A DNA stretch of 64,000 bases, taken from the NCBI GenBank assembly GCA_013214705.1, contig JABSRZ010000006.1, forward strand, positions 391-64,390. Reading direction: 5' to 3'. The notes beneath the pieces are model-generated. The model ran no database searches. It had not been told where the DNA came from and worked only from the letters and a program-made list of their open reading frames with translations. Source of the stretch: Hyphomicrobiales bacterium. GTDB taxonomy: Bacteria > Pseudomonadota > Alphaproteobacteria > Rhizobiales > OSC116. Below, one piece after another: positions 63,107 to 64,000 of the stretch. The position numbers and the translations under genes were made by a program. Within the stretch, counting starts at the first letter, position 1. The number at the start of each line of letters is the position of its first letter.

Positions 63107-63311
63107 TATATGCTCCGTATATTTGATTTCCAAACTATTTCGATCTTGCAGCATAAAGCCAATTTGGAATCGCTGTCAACTCTGAAAAGCCCGGTAATGA
63201 TGCCTTTTTTAGATTGCTGCACTCTGTTTTAAATGCTATTCATTTAACTGAATTATCTTAGTTTGTTATCAAGCTTAAATGATATATCCAGATCTGGGAG
63301 GGTGAGGATAA

Positions 63312-64000
63312 GTGGCATCAGCACGAGGAAAGACTGGCGACGCCAGCAACGAAGTTTACTTGCTAGAAGCCAAAAACATCACCAAAAAATTTGGTGAATT
63401 TACCGCCAATGACAACGTATCAATTGCGTTAAAAGCCGGAGAAATACACGCTTTATTGGGCGAAAATGGCGCTGGAAAATCGACCTTAGTGAAAATGATG
63501 TATGGCTCGTTACAACCGACTAGTGGCACATTGTTTTGGAATGGCGAACAGGTGGAGATTAACAACCCATCTATGGCTCGCGACCTTGGCATTGGCATGG
63601 TTTTTCAGCATTTTTCATTATTCGAATCGCTTAATGTAGTCGAAAATATAATTTTGGCGATACCAGAAGAAGATGATATTGCGGCGCTGGCGGTTAAAAT
63701 AGAAAAAGTATCAGCACAATATGGCTTGCCGCTTGAACCCTATGCTGTTGTGGCCGACCTATCGGTTGGTGAGCGACAACGGATTGAAATTGTGCGCTGT
63801 TTATTGCAAGAGCCACGCCTGCTGATTATGGATGAACCAACTGCGGTGTTAACCCCGCAAGAGGCCGAGCAATTATTTATTACATTGCGCAAATTAACCG
63901 CCGAAGGGGTGGCGATATTATACATTTCACATCGGTTAGAAGAAGTGCGGAAGCTTTGCCATGATGCCACCATATTGCGCCGTGGTATAGTGGTTGATAA
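63312..64000 (+). CDS. ABC transporter ATPase, 5' part (runs off the window); RbsA/nucleoside-type by pattern
   Basis: Not in the ORF track. My translation from the GTG at 63312 (GGAGG about 10 nt upstream) gives ..LLEAKNITKKFGEFTANDNVSIALKAGEIHALLGENGAGKSTLVK .. LSVGERQRIEIVRCLLQEPRLLIMDEPTAVL.. (Walker A, signature, Walker B) with no stop to 64000. Confidence 0.8.
   Translation, partial: MASARGKTGDASNEVYLLEAKNITKKFGEFTANDNVSIALKAGEIHALLGENGAGKSTLVKMMYGSLQPTSGTLFWNGEQVEINNPSMARDLGIGMVFQHFSLFESLNVVENIILAIPEEDDIAALAVKIEKVSAQYGLPLEPYAVVADLSVGERQRIEIVRCLLQEPRLLIMDEPTAVLTPQEAEQLFITLRKLTAEGVAILYISHRLEEVRKLCHDATILRRGIVVD

Noticed and set aside
63107-63311. Purine riboswitch between add and the ABC ATPase gene.
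   Set aside because: I looked on both strands for the conserved three-way junction motifs (UAUAAU..GGAU..CCGUAAAU-like loops) and found nothing resembling them.

Overview
The window is 64 kb of a moderately AT-rich, Gram-negative (proteobacterium-like, probably marine) chromosome; I cannot assign a taxon from sequence alone.

**Left part (1 to about 29.4 kb): accessory mosaic.**
- It opens with the 3' end of a tRNA-like/tmRNA-like RNA gene.
- The last nucleotides of that gene, plus a 34-nt hairpin unit, recur at 26.73-26.82 kb next to a truncated P4-type integrase. About 26.6 kb therefore looks like a decayed integrative island.
- Cargo of the island:
  - a redox-repair cluster (DM13 protein, flavoprotein disulfide reductase, two MsrA paralogues, Na+/H+ exchanger);
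  - a siderophore-type ABC importer (P-D-G-C order) with DUF2218 and a beta-lactamase-fold hydrolase;
  - regulator/enzyme pairs (WYL-HTH with an epoxide-hydrolase-like enzyme; LysR with LysE);
  - an AT-rich block (Crp-like, SDR, DedA, HExxH protein, MepB-like);
  - a 1611-aa lipoprotein adhesin (cadherin-like domains plus 5 + 7 copies of an unnamed 'GGFVITW' repeat) with an adjacent degenerate HD-GYP/LuxR regulator. This pair is bracketed by 103-bp direct repeats that each abut a truncated transposase gene.
- 25.7-27.1 kb is a graveyard of integration modules: a tRNA-Arg(CCG) 3' half, a 7-bp microsatellite, an IS3 remnant inserted into the integrase, and a second IS3-family fragment. A GC-rich aminotransferase/DMT patch follows.

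**Right part: coherent catabolic loci.**
- A TetR-controlled rifampicin-phosphotransferase-like PEP-utilising enzyme.
- A galactoside uptake/hydrolysis cluster (IclR, ABC transporter, GH36, GH42) fused to a De Ley-Doudoroff module, in which an IlvD/Edd-type dehydratase occupies the DgoD position.
- An AT-rich orphan RecB-like PD-(D/E)xK gene wedged between operons.
- A near-complete purine-to-glyoxylate pathway (guaD, xdhABC, puuD, hiuH, uraD, puuE, alc, allA) with malate synthase G heading the urate-oxidation operon.
- add, and the start of an ABC ATPase.

I saw no CRISPR array, rRNA, intact tRNA or recognised defence system.
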